Source of the DNA: the human T2T-CHM13v2.0 reference genome, Homo sapiens
Assembly (NCBI RefSeq): GCF_009914755.1
Contig: NC_060930.1
Strand: one strand, 5' to 3'
Length of the DNA: 64,000 nt
Below, in pieces: positions 20,059 through 48,430 of this stretch (the stretch's first letter is position 1; each line of letters starts with the position of its first letter). The translations under genes were made by a program, and so were the position numbers. The notes beneath the pieces are model-generated. The model had not been told where the DNA came from. It saw only the letters and a list, made by a program, of their open reading frames with translations, and ran no database searches.

Positions 20059-20577
20059 TGTGCAGAAAAGGGTTAACCTAACACTAGTGCTTGCAAAGTT
20101 GGCTCCTGAATGGCACCTGAGAACTTGACTTTTGGAGTGTTCTCAGTCAACTGATAAGGATGGCTCACCAAACCTAGATTACTTGTCCCAAAAATACAGT
20201 TTATGCTGAATAAATTTTTTTCCTCCTGGAATCCTGGAATTTTGCTACATGCTAAGCACAGAGTGCCTACATGACCGGCCATCAATAAAAATCTTGAGCA
20301 GTGAGAGTGTAATGAGCTTCCATGGACAGAAACATCACAAATACATTGCTGCAGGAAGAGTGAGCTCAGGATGACCCCTCATGAGAAAAAGAGAGCACAA
20401 GAAAGCCTACACATTAACTCCCCCCAGACTCTACTTGTCTTTGTCTCTTATGATTGAGCTGTATATCCTTAGTACGTTGCTGTATAAATCTGAGTTATGA
20501 GTACAACCATATGCTGAGTCCTGAGTTATTCTAATAAATCTCCAGAAGTGAGGGTGGTACAGGGAACCCCTAACACA
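20059..20577 (+). mobile_element. MER68-like ERVL solo LTR inserted in an L2 remnant
   Basis: tgtgcagaaaagggttaac start and ...gggaacccctaacaca end; flanks ~19200-20740 look like L2. Confidence 0.75.
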
Positions 20578-21079
20578 ACTCAGTCTCCACTTTCTCGCCT
20601 TCCATTAGCTTCTTAAAATTACCAGTCTGACCCAGCCCTACTGCACCACAGAAAATAATCCTCAGATAAATACTTTCCGTCCTTATTGAATTTTGTCCTC
20701 TCCATGAAATCATACTGTTAAATTGCTCCCTTTAAGTTAATTCTAAACTATTTCTCATATTTTACATTTCTTTTGTCTTTTCATGCTGCATGCTGGAAGG
20801 ATTTCATAGCTAGATCCTCTAGCTTGATAATTTCATTCTGCTACTCATCCCACATACTAAGTGGTTTTTTAATCTTATCATTTCCAAGATCTCTAATTTG
20901 TTCCTCTTCTTAATAGCCTGCTATTATTTTATGGATTGATAGCCTCTCTTGTCTTCTAAAGAAAGGTTCTATTTGCTTTCTCAAATAGAAAAATTTTTAA
21001 TTTTTCCTTTCTTAGTATATCTAGTATTACTTTTATATAGGACTTAATTTTTACAATATATAATTTTTAGTATATATAC

Positions 21080-21114
<35 letters not shown>

Positions 21115-21689
21115 TGTATCTCCCCAGTATATATTCTTCTACACTAAGTTATTCTTCTATACTATGTTTTCTGTGCATATGCAAAGAAATAACCAAAAAG
21201 TACAGAGCAAATGGCTTGGGAATGAAGAAATATTTTGCCTTTTAACTCTATATACTCCTAGATGTTTGCATTTATATTTTACAAAAAAAAAAAAACTCAT
21301 CTTTAAGTCATCTGTGTATGTTTTAAAGCTAAATAAATAAGTAAATAGGGAAAAATTATTCTAAAAAGACAACAATACCAATGGTAGTATGAAAGTTGAA
21401 GGATTATAAGTTTTCTTTCGTTTTCAAACTTTCTTTAATAAACTAAAGATTAATGTTCTTTCATCTTTAATATATTACTTATATGAGTAAAATATTTAAT
21501 AATTTTAGGATTTACTAATTATGGTTTGAAAAAAGAAAAAACTACCAAAAGGCATAAGGTTTTAGAACTTTTTTTTTTTCCTAATTCGGCCTTTGGAGGT
21601 ATAAGCACAAATATTCTCAAAAATCACCAACTCATAACAGAAATCAAGACTAATTGCTTTCTCCAAAAAGAGAGAAAGAAGGTTTCGGC

Positions 21690-26986
<5,297 letters not shown>

Positions 26987-27127
26987 ATTTTTTTTTTAGA
27001 AAGGGCTAGGATGAATCATCTGACAAACCTAGCTAAAGAAACATGGCCAATATTCCATTTTTATAAATCTCAATAAGCTTGCAGAAAAAGGAAAAAAAAA
27101 ACCTATTATAATATTTTTAAACATTAC

Positions 27128-27368
27128 CAGTTTTAACCGTTCTTTTCTCCTTTTGCCAAAAGAAGCACTTGACCCGGGTTCTGATTCCTTCTTTCCATCC
27201 TCATCCTCATCTTCGTCTTCATCATCCTCAAAACACCAATCTGGCAATAGAGGTGGGGGTGGTGCTTCCTCTATGTCACCATACCGACGAAAAAGTTCCT
27301 TCAAATAATCACCCTTGTAGATTCCTGGTGGTCTGGCTTGGGCAAAAGTAGCAACTGCTGCTTCGATA
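27128..27368 (-). CDS. RNGTT: RNGTT exon 6 (241 bp): [80 protein letters not shown]; end of triphosphatase domain plus acidic/basic linker
   Basis: ctatag|TATCGAAG...TTAAAACTG|gtaatg; peptide is inside track ORF 27029..27388; ends in phase 0. Confidence 0.98.
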
Positions 27369-28275
27369 CTATAGGAAACAAACACCATGCAATTTCCTCG
27401 CTATCCTCTATTTATGCAGGCTTATCAAAAACTCACTTATTATATTCAAGGCTCCATATAAAGTACAACAGAAGTTTATAAAATGGGCAAATCACAATCC
27501 TCACCCTCAAGTCATTCAATCTATTAAGGGACACATTCATTCTGAAAAGGTTTTAATATAAGGTATTCAGAAAATTCTGAAATTCTAAAAATAAATTGCT
27601 ATGAGTATATAGTAGAGACCTAGATAGGGTCTGTGAAGAATTTAGTCTTGAAGGTTGAGGTCTGACTCTGCAGCAAAACATCAGTCAAAAAAACAACAAT
27701 GTGAGCAAAGTAAAAGCATATTGATTTTACAGGAACTTTCAACAGATCCAGGCACTAAGAGTCTAGATCATCAAAGAGAGGATAAGCATAGGCTAAATCT
27801 GACATAGGAAACTGAGATCATTGTGGAGAGCATCTGAATGGTCAGAGCTAGAAAGTACATGCAGTACAGAACCACCAACAATGCATACTGCAAAATTCAA
27901 AATCATATGTGTACTTCAACTGATTATATTCAAAAAAGGACCTACTATGTGAAAATCTTTGTAAACATAAATAATGATGCTCCCTCAGTCAACAAGAAAA
28001 TTCAGTTAGTAATATATTCTCTTAAGAATATTGGGTACTAAAGTCGTAATCTCTCAGGATCTAAAAACACACTTCAAAAATAACAGATGCTCAATAAAGA
28101 CATGTTGATTGGCTTAAATGGAGTAACACTCTCCCAAAAATACTAAAATACAAAATATTGGAAGAATCTGTCTCTGATAATTCTGTAAGAGGTGAAAAAA
28201 ATCTGAAAAAGTGAATATACAGTTTATGAAATTCATAAGCACTCAAAGTGATTTGCTGGTTAATGCAAAACACCT

Positions 28276-28642
<367 letters not shown>

Positions 28643-28777
28643 CTAAAATGAAAAGCAGTTCAAATTACATTAATCATGAGTTCACCAAAAACTTGACAAT
28701 ACAAAATTCTGCAACTAAAATATCAATAAAATTTTTTATTACAAAATACATCTTCCATTATAACAAGATACAAATAC

Positions 28778-28853
28778 CTCCAATCCATTTTCTCCACCAA
28801 AAAGGCACATATGAGGAAACCAGTGCGATTGAAGCCATGAGTACAATGAACAC
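28778..28853 (-). CDS. RNGTT: RNGTT exon 5 (76 bp): (G)[24 protein letters not shown](S); contains the catalytic HCxxGxxR cysteine-phosphatase P-loop
   Basis: tctag|GTGTTCATTGT...GATTGGAG|gtattt; not in the ORF track but found by hand; frame continuous with exons 4 and 6. Confidence 0.97.
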
Positions 28854-29604
28854 CTAGAAAATAAAGTAGCTTTGGTTAAAATTAACAAATCACTGCAGAG
28901 GCCACATTTACTTTAAAATTCCAACCTGCAATCAAAACATTTCAGCTAGTTTATAAAATAATTACATTTTTTAATTTTTTAACTTGAAACACCCTTATAA
29001 CTTGAAAACTTGTCAGTTTGAATTGCTTAGAATCTAATTTATAACTAGCTAGAAGTTTAAGTGTAATATATAGGTTTATTGATGTAAAACTGTCTCTACT
29101 GTTTAACAAGTTCTCCTAAAGCTAGAAGATTCCAAGCATTTTAAATAAGGAGGTATTTTCATCAAACACACAACTCAAAAGGACACATAAAACACATACA
29201 CACAAGATCCTTCTGACCCTCAAACTTTAAATTTCTCTAGTAGAAAAAAAACGGTCCTCTTCATGATCAATGGCATATATTTGCAAAATAGTCAAATCCT
29301 ATTTTCTAAAATCCAGAAGCTAGAACAGAGCAAATAAACTAATAGAAATATAAATTCATATGGGGCCTGATACTAATTAAATATAATCAACAAAAGTGAC
29401 TAGCTACAGAAAATAATTAACTGATAGATATATAGTACAATAAAAATTAAGTTACCTTGAAGCTCTCTAGAAACCAACTAACTGTATTTTCAAGTTAGGT
29501 TATAATCTTTCTAAATAAATTTTTAAAAGAAAGAAACCAGCTAGGAAAGAAAATTTATTTTCTTAAACTCTTTCTCAGAACATATTCAAGATCATTTTAA
29601 CTAC

Positions 29605-30027
29605 TGATATGGTTTGGCTCTGTGTCCCCGTCCAAATCTCATCTCAATTTGTAATCCCCACAATCCCCATGAGGGAGAGATCTGGTGGGAGGTGACTGAA
29701 TCATGGAGGTGGTTTCCCCCATGCTGTTCTTGTGATAGTGAGTGAGTTCTCATGAGATCTGATGGTTTTGTAAGTGTTTGACAGTTCCTCCTTCACATGC
29801 CCTCTCTCTCTCTTCTCACCACTAAGATTGTAAGTGTTTGACAGTTCCTCCTTCACATGCCCTCTCTCTTTTCTCACCACTTAAGACGTGCCTGTTTCCC
29901 CTTCCACCATGATTGTAAGTTTTCTGAGGCCTCCCCAGGCATGCACAACTGTGAGTCCATTAAATTTCCTTCCTTCATAAATTACCCATTCTCGAGTAGT
30001 ATCTTTATGTGAGAAGAGACGAATATA
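29605..30027 (+). mobile_element. MSTA/THE1-type MaLR solo LTR with internal 60-bp tandem duplication
   Basis: tgatatggtttggctctgtgtccc start; TSD actac/actag. Confidence 0.88.
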
Positions 30028-30148
30028 ACTAGTTTGAAAATAGTAATTAAAACATGACAATATTGCTGACTCTCCTACAGTCTTCAAAATGAAGCTTTTC
30101 CTGTTATTTCTATTTAATTAAAGGATATCCTAATATTTAAGCTGTATC

Positions 30149-30447
30149 TTTTTTTTTTTTTTTTTTTTTAGAGACAGGATCTCATTCTGTCAACCAGGCT
30201 GGAGTTCAGTAGCATGATCAGGTTCCACAGCCTTGACCTCCTGGGCTCAAGTGATCCTCCCACCTCAACCTCCAGAGTAGCTGGAACTACAGGCTCACAC
30301 CACCATCCCCAGCTAATTTTTTTCTATGGTAAAGACAGGGTCTCATTATGTTGCTCAGGCTGGTCTCAAACTCATGGGATCAAGCAATCCTCTCACTTCA
30401 GCCTCCCCAAGTCTGGGATTACAGGCATGAGCCACAATGCCCAGCCT
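30149..30447 (-). mobile_element. AluJ
   Basis: Alu consensus; TSD gtatcttt. Confidence 0.92.
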
Positions 30448-30722
30448 GTATCTTTCTAATATTACCTTCTACAAATTATTCTTCTCTGTATATATAGATC
30501 ATACTGATACAGTGCAACTAAGATCAAATATAGAAATAAACTAGCTAGATTTACAAAACTTCTAGAAGAAAATACAGGAGTAAATCTTTGCAAGCTTAGA
30601 GTAGAAAAAGTTTCTTAGATAAAACACAAAAAGCATAAAATGAAGAAAAATACTGATAAATTAGACTATTTCAAAATAGCAAGGGTTTGCTCTTTGAAAG
30701 ACATCATTAAGAATATAAAAAA

Positions 30723-38199
<7,477 letters not shown>

Positions 38200-38607
38200 G
38201 CAAAAGGAAAGCCACAGAAAATATTTGCAACCCATATATCTGGCAAAGGACTTATATCTGGAATATATAAAGAACTATTTTGTCAGGCAATATTTGCTGA
38301 TACAAATAAAAATTTTTTTTTAAAACTGTTACAGTTCAATAAGATAACACAGTATTTTTTAAACCTGGGCAAAAGATCTGAACTTTACAAAACAAAATAT
38401 GTAAGACCACGAAGCACATAAGTTGCTTAACATCATCAATTATCAGGAAAATGCGAGTTAAAACCACAATGAGATCCTAGTATACATTCATTAAAATAGC
38501 TAAAATTGAAAAGAGTGACCGTATCAAGTGTTCCTGAGGATGTAGAGGAACTGGAACCCTCATACTGTGGTTTTACCAGTATCTACATCTATCAAACCTC
38601 AGATTCT

Positions 38608-42397
<3,790 letters not shown>

Positions 42398-42404
42398 AGG
42401 ATTC

Positions 42405-42493
42405 AGTAGTTCTCAACTGGGGAAGATTTTGCCCCCCAGGGGACATTTTGTAATGTCTAGAGACAATTTTAATTGTTACAATTTGTGGGATGA
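42405..42493 (+). mobile_element. MER20 5' fragment, truncated at the inverted-duplication junction
   Basis: cagtagttctcaactgggg..gattttgcccccaggggacattt matches the MER20 start; the remainder is absent. Confidence 0.75.
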
Positions 42494-42796
42494 AGTTGAA
42501 GTCCAGCCTGAACAACATAGCCAGACCTGGTCTCTAAAAAATTATTTAATATAATACAATAAAGGCAAAAAAAATTAATGCAGTTGTTCCTCAGACTCCT
42601 CAGGGGATTGGTTCTGGGATCCCCCTCAGATACCAAAATCCTCCGATGCTCAGTGCTCAAGTGCCTTGTATAAAATGGCATAGTATTTGCATATGACCTA
42701 TGAACATCCTGCCGTTTTCTTTGAATCACCTCTAGGTATTACTTATAATACCTAATGCAATGTAAGTGCTATGTGAACAGTTACTATACTGTATTT
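42494..42796. repeat. Left arm of ~300-bp inverted duplication (Alu/FLAM piece + linker + partial MER2)
   Basis: Reverse complement of 44238-44543; about 9 substitutions and 2 small indels by hand alignment; track ORFs 42469..42729(-) and 44305..44583(+) are nearly identical. Confidence 0.95.
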
Positions 42797-44154
42797 GTTG
42801 TTTTGAAAAAAGCAGGTTATTTATATGGTACAGTATGCAGCTATTATTTAACAGAACAATATTATGAGATATACATGAAATATGTTAAGGATGTGTGTAT
42901 ATATATTCATACATTTATATGAATATATATAACAGTCACACATACATACACATATATTGAGGTATATGACTAGAACCTACACAGCTTAAGGTAATACTGA
43001 GGCCTTTATCTGAATAAGTAAAAACAACTCACAGAAGTGTTTTCTCATTTGAGAGAAGCCATTATAGGGGTAAACATTAAATATGCTTAATGAATTCAAA
43101 GGAGGGCAGTCAAGCAATTTTAACCTCTGGCATTAGATGTCATGATTTTAGAAAGATTCATACTCCAGGTTTAGGAAAACAAATTCATCCTTGTTATAAA
43201 TTGTGCAGTTGTATTCTTAGAAGAACTGATAAGAAAAACTTCTAATTGTTTTGAGTGTTTACAGGTTATAAAATTTATAGAACCTAGTGATATATATATA
43301 TTTTGTTTTATATTCCCGGCAGTGATTCTGTTCATGTGGATTGAATTGGAAACATTTGCTTTGGGCCTGCCAAATTTTGGAGCACAGGATGTATTGCCAG
43401 TTATTTCTTATAGTATTACTGTAGAGACAATAACAGAAACTAGTCTCAGAACTGATTGCTGATAACACCTTTCTAAATAAAAAGCACTAAAGAATCAAGC
43501 TTAAGTAGTCTTAGGATCTGAAAATACTGTCCTGCTTTTATAGTACTTTCATTTATTTTTAGTTTCAGAGAAGGAATTTTTATCAGCCTTGCACAAACTC
43601 TTGCTGATCAATATTTGTGACCAGTAGTAAACATTTGTGATGTGGCAAAGGTTAGACTCAGGTTTCTTTTCAAAGCTGTCTTGGTTTTAAAAAAAAATCC
43701 CAGCCTGGGTGACATAGTGAGACCTGGTCTTTAAAAAAAAAAAAAGTAATCTTTGAATTAGCTGATATAATTGTTAATTTATCAATTACAGTTGACAACT
43801 GATTCAGTTATCAGTTGATAATTGGTGAGGCTGTGGGCTAATGCTGTAGGCTTCATGGAAATATAAAGTTCTTGAAACACACAGAAGCTTGAAACCTTTT
43901 CTAATCCTTAGCAGTAACTACAGCTTCATAGTCCCTTATCTGAAACCCTTAGAACCAGATGTTTTCAATTTTTACCATACTGTTAGCTTCTCTGGGGCAG
44001 TACTCTCAAATTTTTTTTTTATTATGGAAATTTGCAGACATACCCAAAGCAGTGAGAATAGAAAAATGAAACCTCATGTATCCATCATCCCTCTTTGGTA
44101 ATTATCATTTTGCTGATTTTTTTTCATCCTCCACCCTTAATAATATTTTTGGAG

Positions 44155-44452
44155 TAAATTGGCCTTCCTATATCTGTATTAAAAATATTTGGGAAAAAAC
44201 TCAATAAAAAATACAGTAAAAAATAATACAAATTTAAAAATACAATATAGTAACTGTTCACATAGAACTTACATTGTATTAGGTATTATAAGTAATACCT
44301 AGAGGTGATTCAAAGAAAACGGCAGGATGTTCATAGGTCATATGCAAATACTATGCCATTTTATACAAGGCACTTGAGCACTGAGCATCAGAGGATTTTG
44401 GTATCTGAGGGGGATCCTAGAACCAATCCCCTGAGGAGTCTGAGGAACAACC
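44155..44452 (-). mobile_element. MER2/MER2B (TcMar-Tigger non-autonomous DNA transposon)
   Basis: Similar to the MER2 consensus (ggggattggttc..ggatccccc..gataccaaaatcc...cttataatacctaatacaatgtaa). Confidence 0.8.
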
Positions 44453-44543
44453 ACATTAATTTTTTTTTTGCCTTTATTATTATTATATTAAATAATTTTT
44501 TAGAGACCAGGTCTGGCTATGTTGTCCAGGCTGGACTTCAACT
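44238..44543. repeat. Right arm (donor copy) of ~300-bp inverted duplication
   Basis: Continuous with the rest of the MER2 (to ~44155) and the rest of the Alu monomer (to ~44617). Confidence 0.95.
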
Positions 44544-44893
44544 CCCAGGCTCAAGCAGTCTTTCCACCTTAGCTCCCAAGTAGCTGGGACTACAGGCATG
44601 TGCCACTGGGCCCAGCTCTTACTATTATTTTTAATTTATACATAATAACTGTATTATAAATATATAAATACATATTTATGGGGTAGAGTGTGATATTTCA
44701 ATACATGTCTACAATGTATAAAGATCAAATCAGAGTAATTAGCATTTTAATGACCTTAAACTACATTTTAGAGCAAGTCACAGACATGTCATGTCACTAA
44801 AAATGTTTCAATACACATCTCTAATAAGGACTCTGGGTTTCATATGATTACCATGCAATAATTATACCAAAAGAAGAGTTATAAATTCCTTAA

Positions 44894-45178
<285 letters not shown>

Positions 45179-45929
45179 TGATCCACCCGCCTCGGCCTCC
45201 CAAAGTACTGGGATAAAGTTAATGTTTCAAACCAGGATCCAACAATACCTACAAACTGCATTTTTTGTTAGGTATCTCAAGTGTCCCTGATTCGCTCTTT
45301 TAAATGCAATCAATATGATGGAAAAGCCTAGCCACTGTTCTATGAAATGTTCCACATTCTGGATTTATCTGATTGCATCCTCATGGTTTCAATTAGCTTG
45401 TTCTCTTATCTCCCATATGTCTTGTAAATTGATAGTTAAATCCAGAGACATAATTAGATTCACTTTTAAGACTTTAGGTAAGAATATTTTATAGATGGTA
45501 CTGTGTATTTTCTTTCATACCACATCAGCAAGCACATAATGTTTGGCTGTCCCACTTTTAGTGGTACTAACATAAGTGGGTTCAAGTGGTGGCTGCTCAT
45601 TTCTTCTGTTATAAAGTTTTCCATTTTGTATTTTACTTAATGATTTTACTGACCATTGATGATTGTTGTTTCCAGGTTGTTTTTTTGTTACCAAGGGAAG
45701 CTGTGGTGAAATTCCTTTCACATAACTCTTTATGTCCATTTCTGACTACTTCCTTAAAATAAGTTCGTAGTCTTGATGAGTCAAGAGAAACACTTTTAAG
45801 GATCTTGAGAAATACCACCATGTTCTCTCTCCACATAGCCCTCTGTAGAGACTATACCAATTAACACTCAAAAGTGTATGAATGCACCCATTTTATCCAA
45901 TCCTTGACACTAACAGACATTATAATTTT

Positions 45930-46636
45930 TTTTTCCAAGAAGGAAAAGTTTATTGAGTCAGCCACAGAGGAGCAGAGAAACAGACGCAGGGAGGTTCTCT
46001 GTGCAGCAGGGTATGCAACAAACATTTACCTGATGAAGAGAACAAAACCCAAAGGCTCTGTGTAGAAACAGACACAAACACAAGGCCACTTTTACCCACC
46101 TAATGTTAGGTGCAACATTACTCTTCCTTACGATCCCTTTTCCTCATAAAACATAGCATTATGTGTTCAACAAACATATCGTAGCTAAATCAGCAAGAGC
46201 TATTATAGTGCTCCAACTTAATAAGTTGATTTAAAAAAAAACAGGTGTTCTATGGCCAGTTCACAATTAAAATAGTTTTGTTCCAAGATTCCTTTCTCTG
46301 GCAACAAGGCATTTCCAACAAACAGGTCATTCTGTCACCAGGAGCTGGTTTCAGTCCATGGCACAGAGCAACGTGCCCCTGGCAGCCCCAGGGAGAGGAA
46401 GGGGAAGCCACCGGGAGGGGTACTCAAGTTATCCTGGAGGCCCTGAGGAGGGGTGGCCAAGGGCCACCTCAATGCTGGGGGGCTCCATCCAGGATAGTGC
46501 TGGCTGGCTTCGCATGAGGAGGTGACAAGAACTTTAGGCTGGTCCCCCAACATGCCATGTGCAAGGGCCTTGTTCAACCCAGAACTGAACTGACACCCCT
46601 CCCAGGTAATGCAGGGCAAAGTCCCCTAGGAGCTCT
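45930..46636 (-). pseudogene. Processed (retroposed) 3'UTR fragment, ~700 bp, parent gene not recognised, inserted into an old L1M element
   Basis: Minus-strand AATAAA (45949-45954) followed 14 nt later by an A-run; degenerate TSD cagacattataatttt (45914) / cagaaatataatttt (46637); GC-richer than the flanks; L1M-like text continues across the insertion. Confidence 0.75.
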
Positions 46637-47551
46637 CAGAAATATAATTTTTTTAATCTTTGCCAATTTGATGTGGAGTGCAGCTACCAGCATGTACTTT
46701 AATTTGTATCTCATTAGCAAGTGAGAAAAATTTTTTTCATGTTTCTTGGTTTCTTGTATTTCATATTCTGTAAATTGCTCTTTCATTGTTTTCCATAATT
46801 TTCTATTAAGGAATGCCTCTTTCACTTACTGGTGTATAAGATATCTTCATAAATAAGATTATTAACTTTTTATGTCACATATGCTTCAGATATTTTTCCA
46901 AATTTGTCAAAATCTTTTTTTGAGACAGAATTCTTGCTATGTTGCCCAGACCAGTGTCAAACTCCTGGGCTCAAGCAATCCTTCTGCCTCAGCCTCTCAA
47001 GTAGCTGGGATTACAGGCATGTGCCACCAAGCCAGACCCCAATTTGTCCAACATCTTTTTGCCTCCCTTCTGTTGTGTCTTTTGTTGTTGTTGTTTTATG
47101 TTTTATTTTTTTCTTTGCCCTCAAACATTCTCCTCTCCAATTTTTTTTTTTTTTTAGAGACAGATTCTCACTCTATTGCCCAAGCTGGAGTGCAGGTGTG
47201 ATCATACCTCACTATAGCCTCAAACTCCTGGGCTCAAGCAGTCCTCCCACTTCAGCCTCTTAAGTAGCTGGGACTACAGGAGTACACTGCTGCACTTGGC
47301 TAATTTTTTTATTTACAGAGACAGGGTCTCACTTTGTTACTCAGGATGGTCTCAAACCCCTGGCTTCAAGTGATCCTCCCATCTTAGCCTCCCAAAGTGC
47401 TGAGATAACAATGGTGAGCCACTATACCCACCTGTTGTGTTTTTTTTTAAGACAAAAATTTTTCTCTTTTATGTGGCCAACTAGAAACTAATTACAGCAA
47501 CTAATTACAGATTTCAACTTTAAAGCCAGAAACTGGATTAAAAACCTGGCT

Positions 47552-47589
47552 TATCCTTGTTAGTATAGCAGTGACAAGAAAAAAAAAGA
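47552..47589 (+). pseudogene. Retroposed 5' fragment of tRNA-Asp(GTC) with A-tail, inserted in a MIR
   Basis: tccttgttagtatagcagtga (47554-47574) matches the tRNA-Asp 5' end TCCTCGTTAGTATAGTGGTGA at 18/21; A-rich tail; 12-bp TSD aaaaacctggct at 47540-47551 and 47590-47601. Confidence 0.7.
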
Positions 47590-47857
47590 AAAAACCTGGC
47601 TCAACTACTTATTAGATGCATGACCATGGGCGAAGTACTTAACTTCTCTGAGACTCACTTTCCTTATCTATAGTTCCCCAAGTCCACTGAACAAATAATA
47701 AGCATTTATTAATACTAGCTTATTAATAAATAAGGGTTCACGCCTGTAATCCCAGCACTTTGGGAGGCCAAGGTGGGTAGATCACTTGAACCCAGGAGTT
47801 CAAGACCAGCCTAGGCAACATGGTGAAACAGTGTCTCTACAAAAAATACAAAAATTA

Positions 47858-47998
<141 letters not shown>

Positions 47999-48073
47999 TT
48001 ACCTCATAAAAAAAAAAAAAAAACAACTAGCTGTTACTATCATCATTAATAGCCACCATACTTTAAATTCTGA

Positions 48074-48430
48074 CAGCAGTTCTCAAATTTAAGTCTGCAT
48101 AAAAGCCACCTAATACTTTTCTTTTGAAAATCTAGATTCCTGGCAAAAGTGCAGTGGTGCACGTAGTCCCAGCAACTCAGGAGGCCAAGGCAGGAGGATC
48201 AATTGAGGACAGGAGTTCGAGGCTGTAGTGTGCTATAATCATGCCTATAAATAGACACTGCACTCCAAGTGGGCAACATAGCAAGACCCTGTCTCTTAAA
48301 AAAAAATCTGGATTCCTAACATTCATCCTTAGACATTTTGATTACGTAGGTCCAGGATAGGCCCTAAAACATACATTTCTAACAAGTATCTTCAAGTGGT
48401 TCTGATACAGGCAGTCCAGGAGCACTCCTA
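48074..48430. mobile_element. MER5A-like element split by an Alu monomer (48140-48306)
   Basis: cagcagttctcaaattt...catttctaacaag...tctgatacaggc; Alu TSD aaaatctagattcct/aaaatctggattcct. Confidence 0.65.

Noticed and set aside
42469-44583. Two nearly identical ORFs on opposite strands suggesting a duplicated small gene
   Set aside because: They are translations of the MER2+Alu inverted duplication and start at a non-ATG codon.
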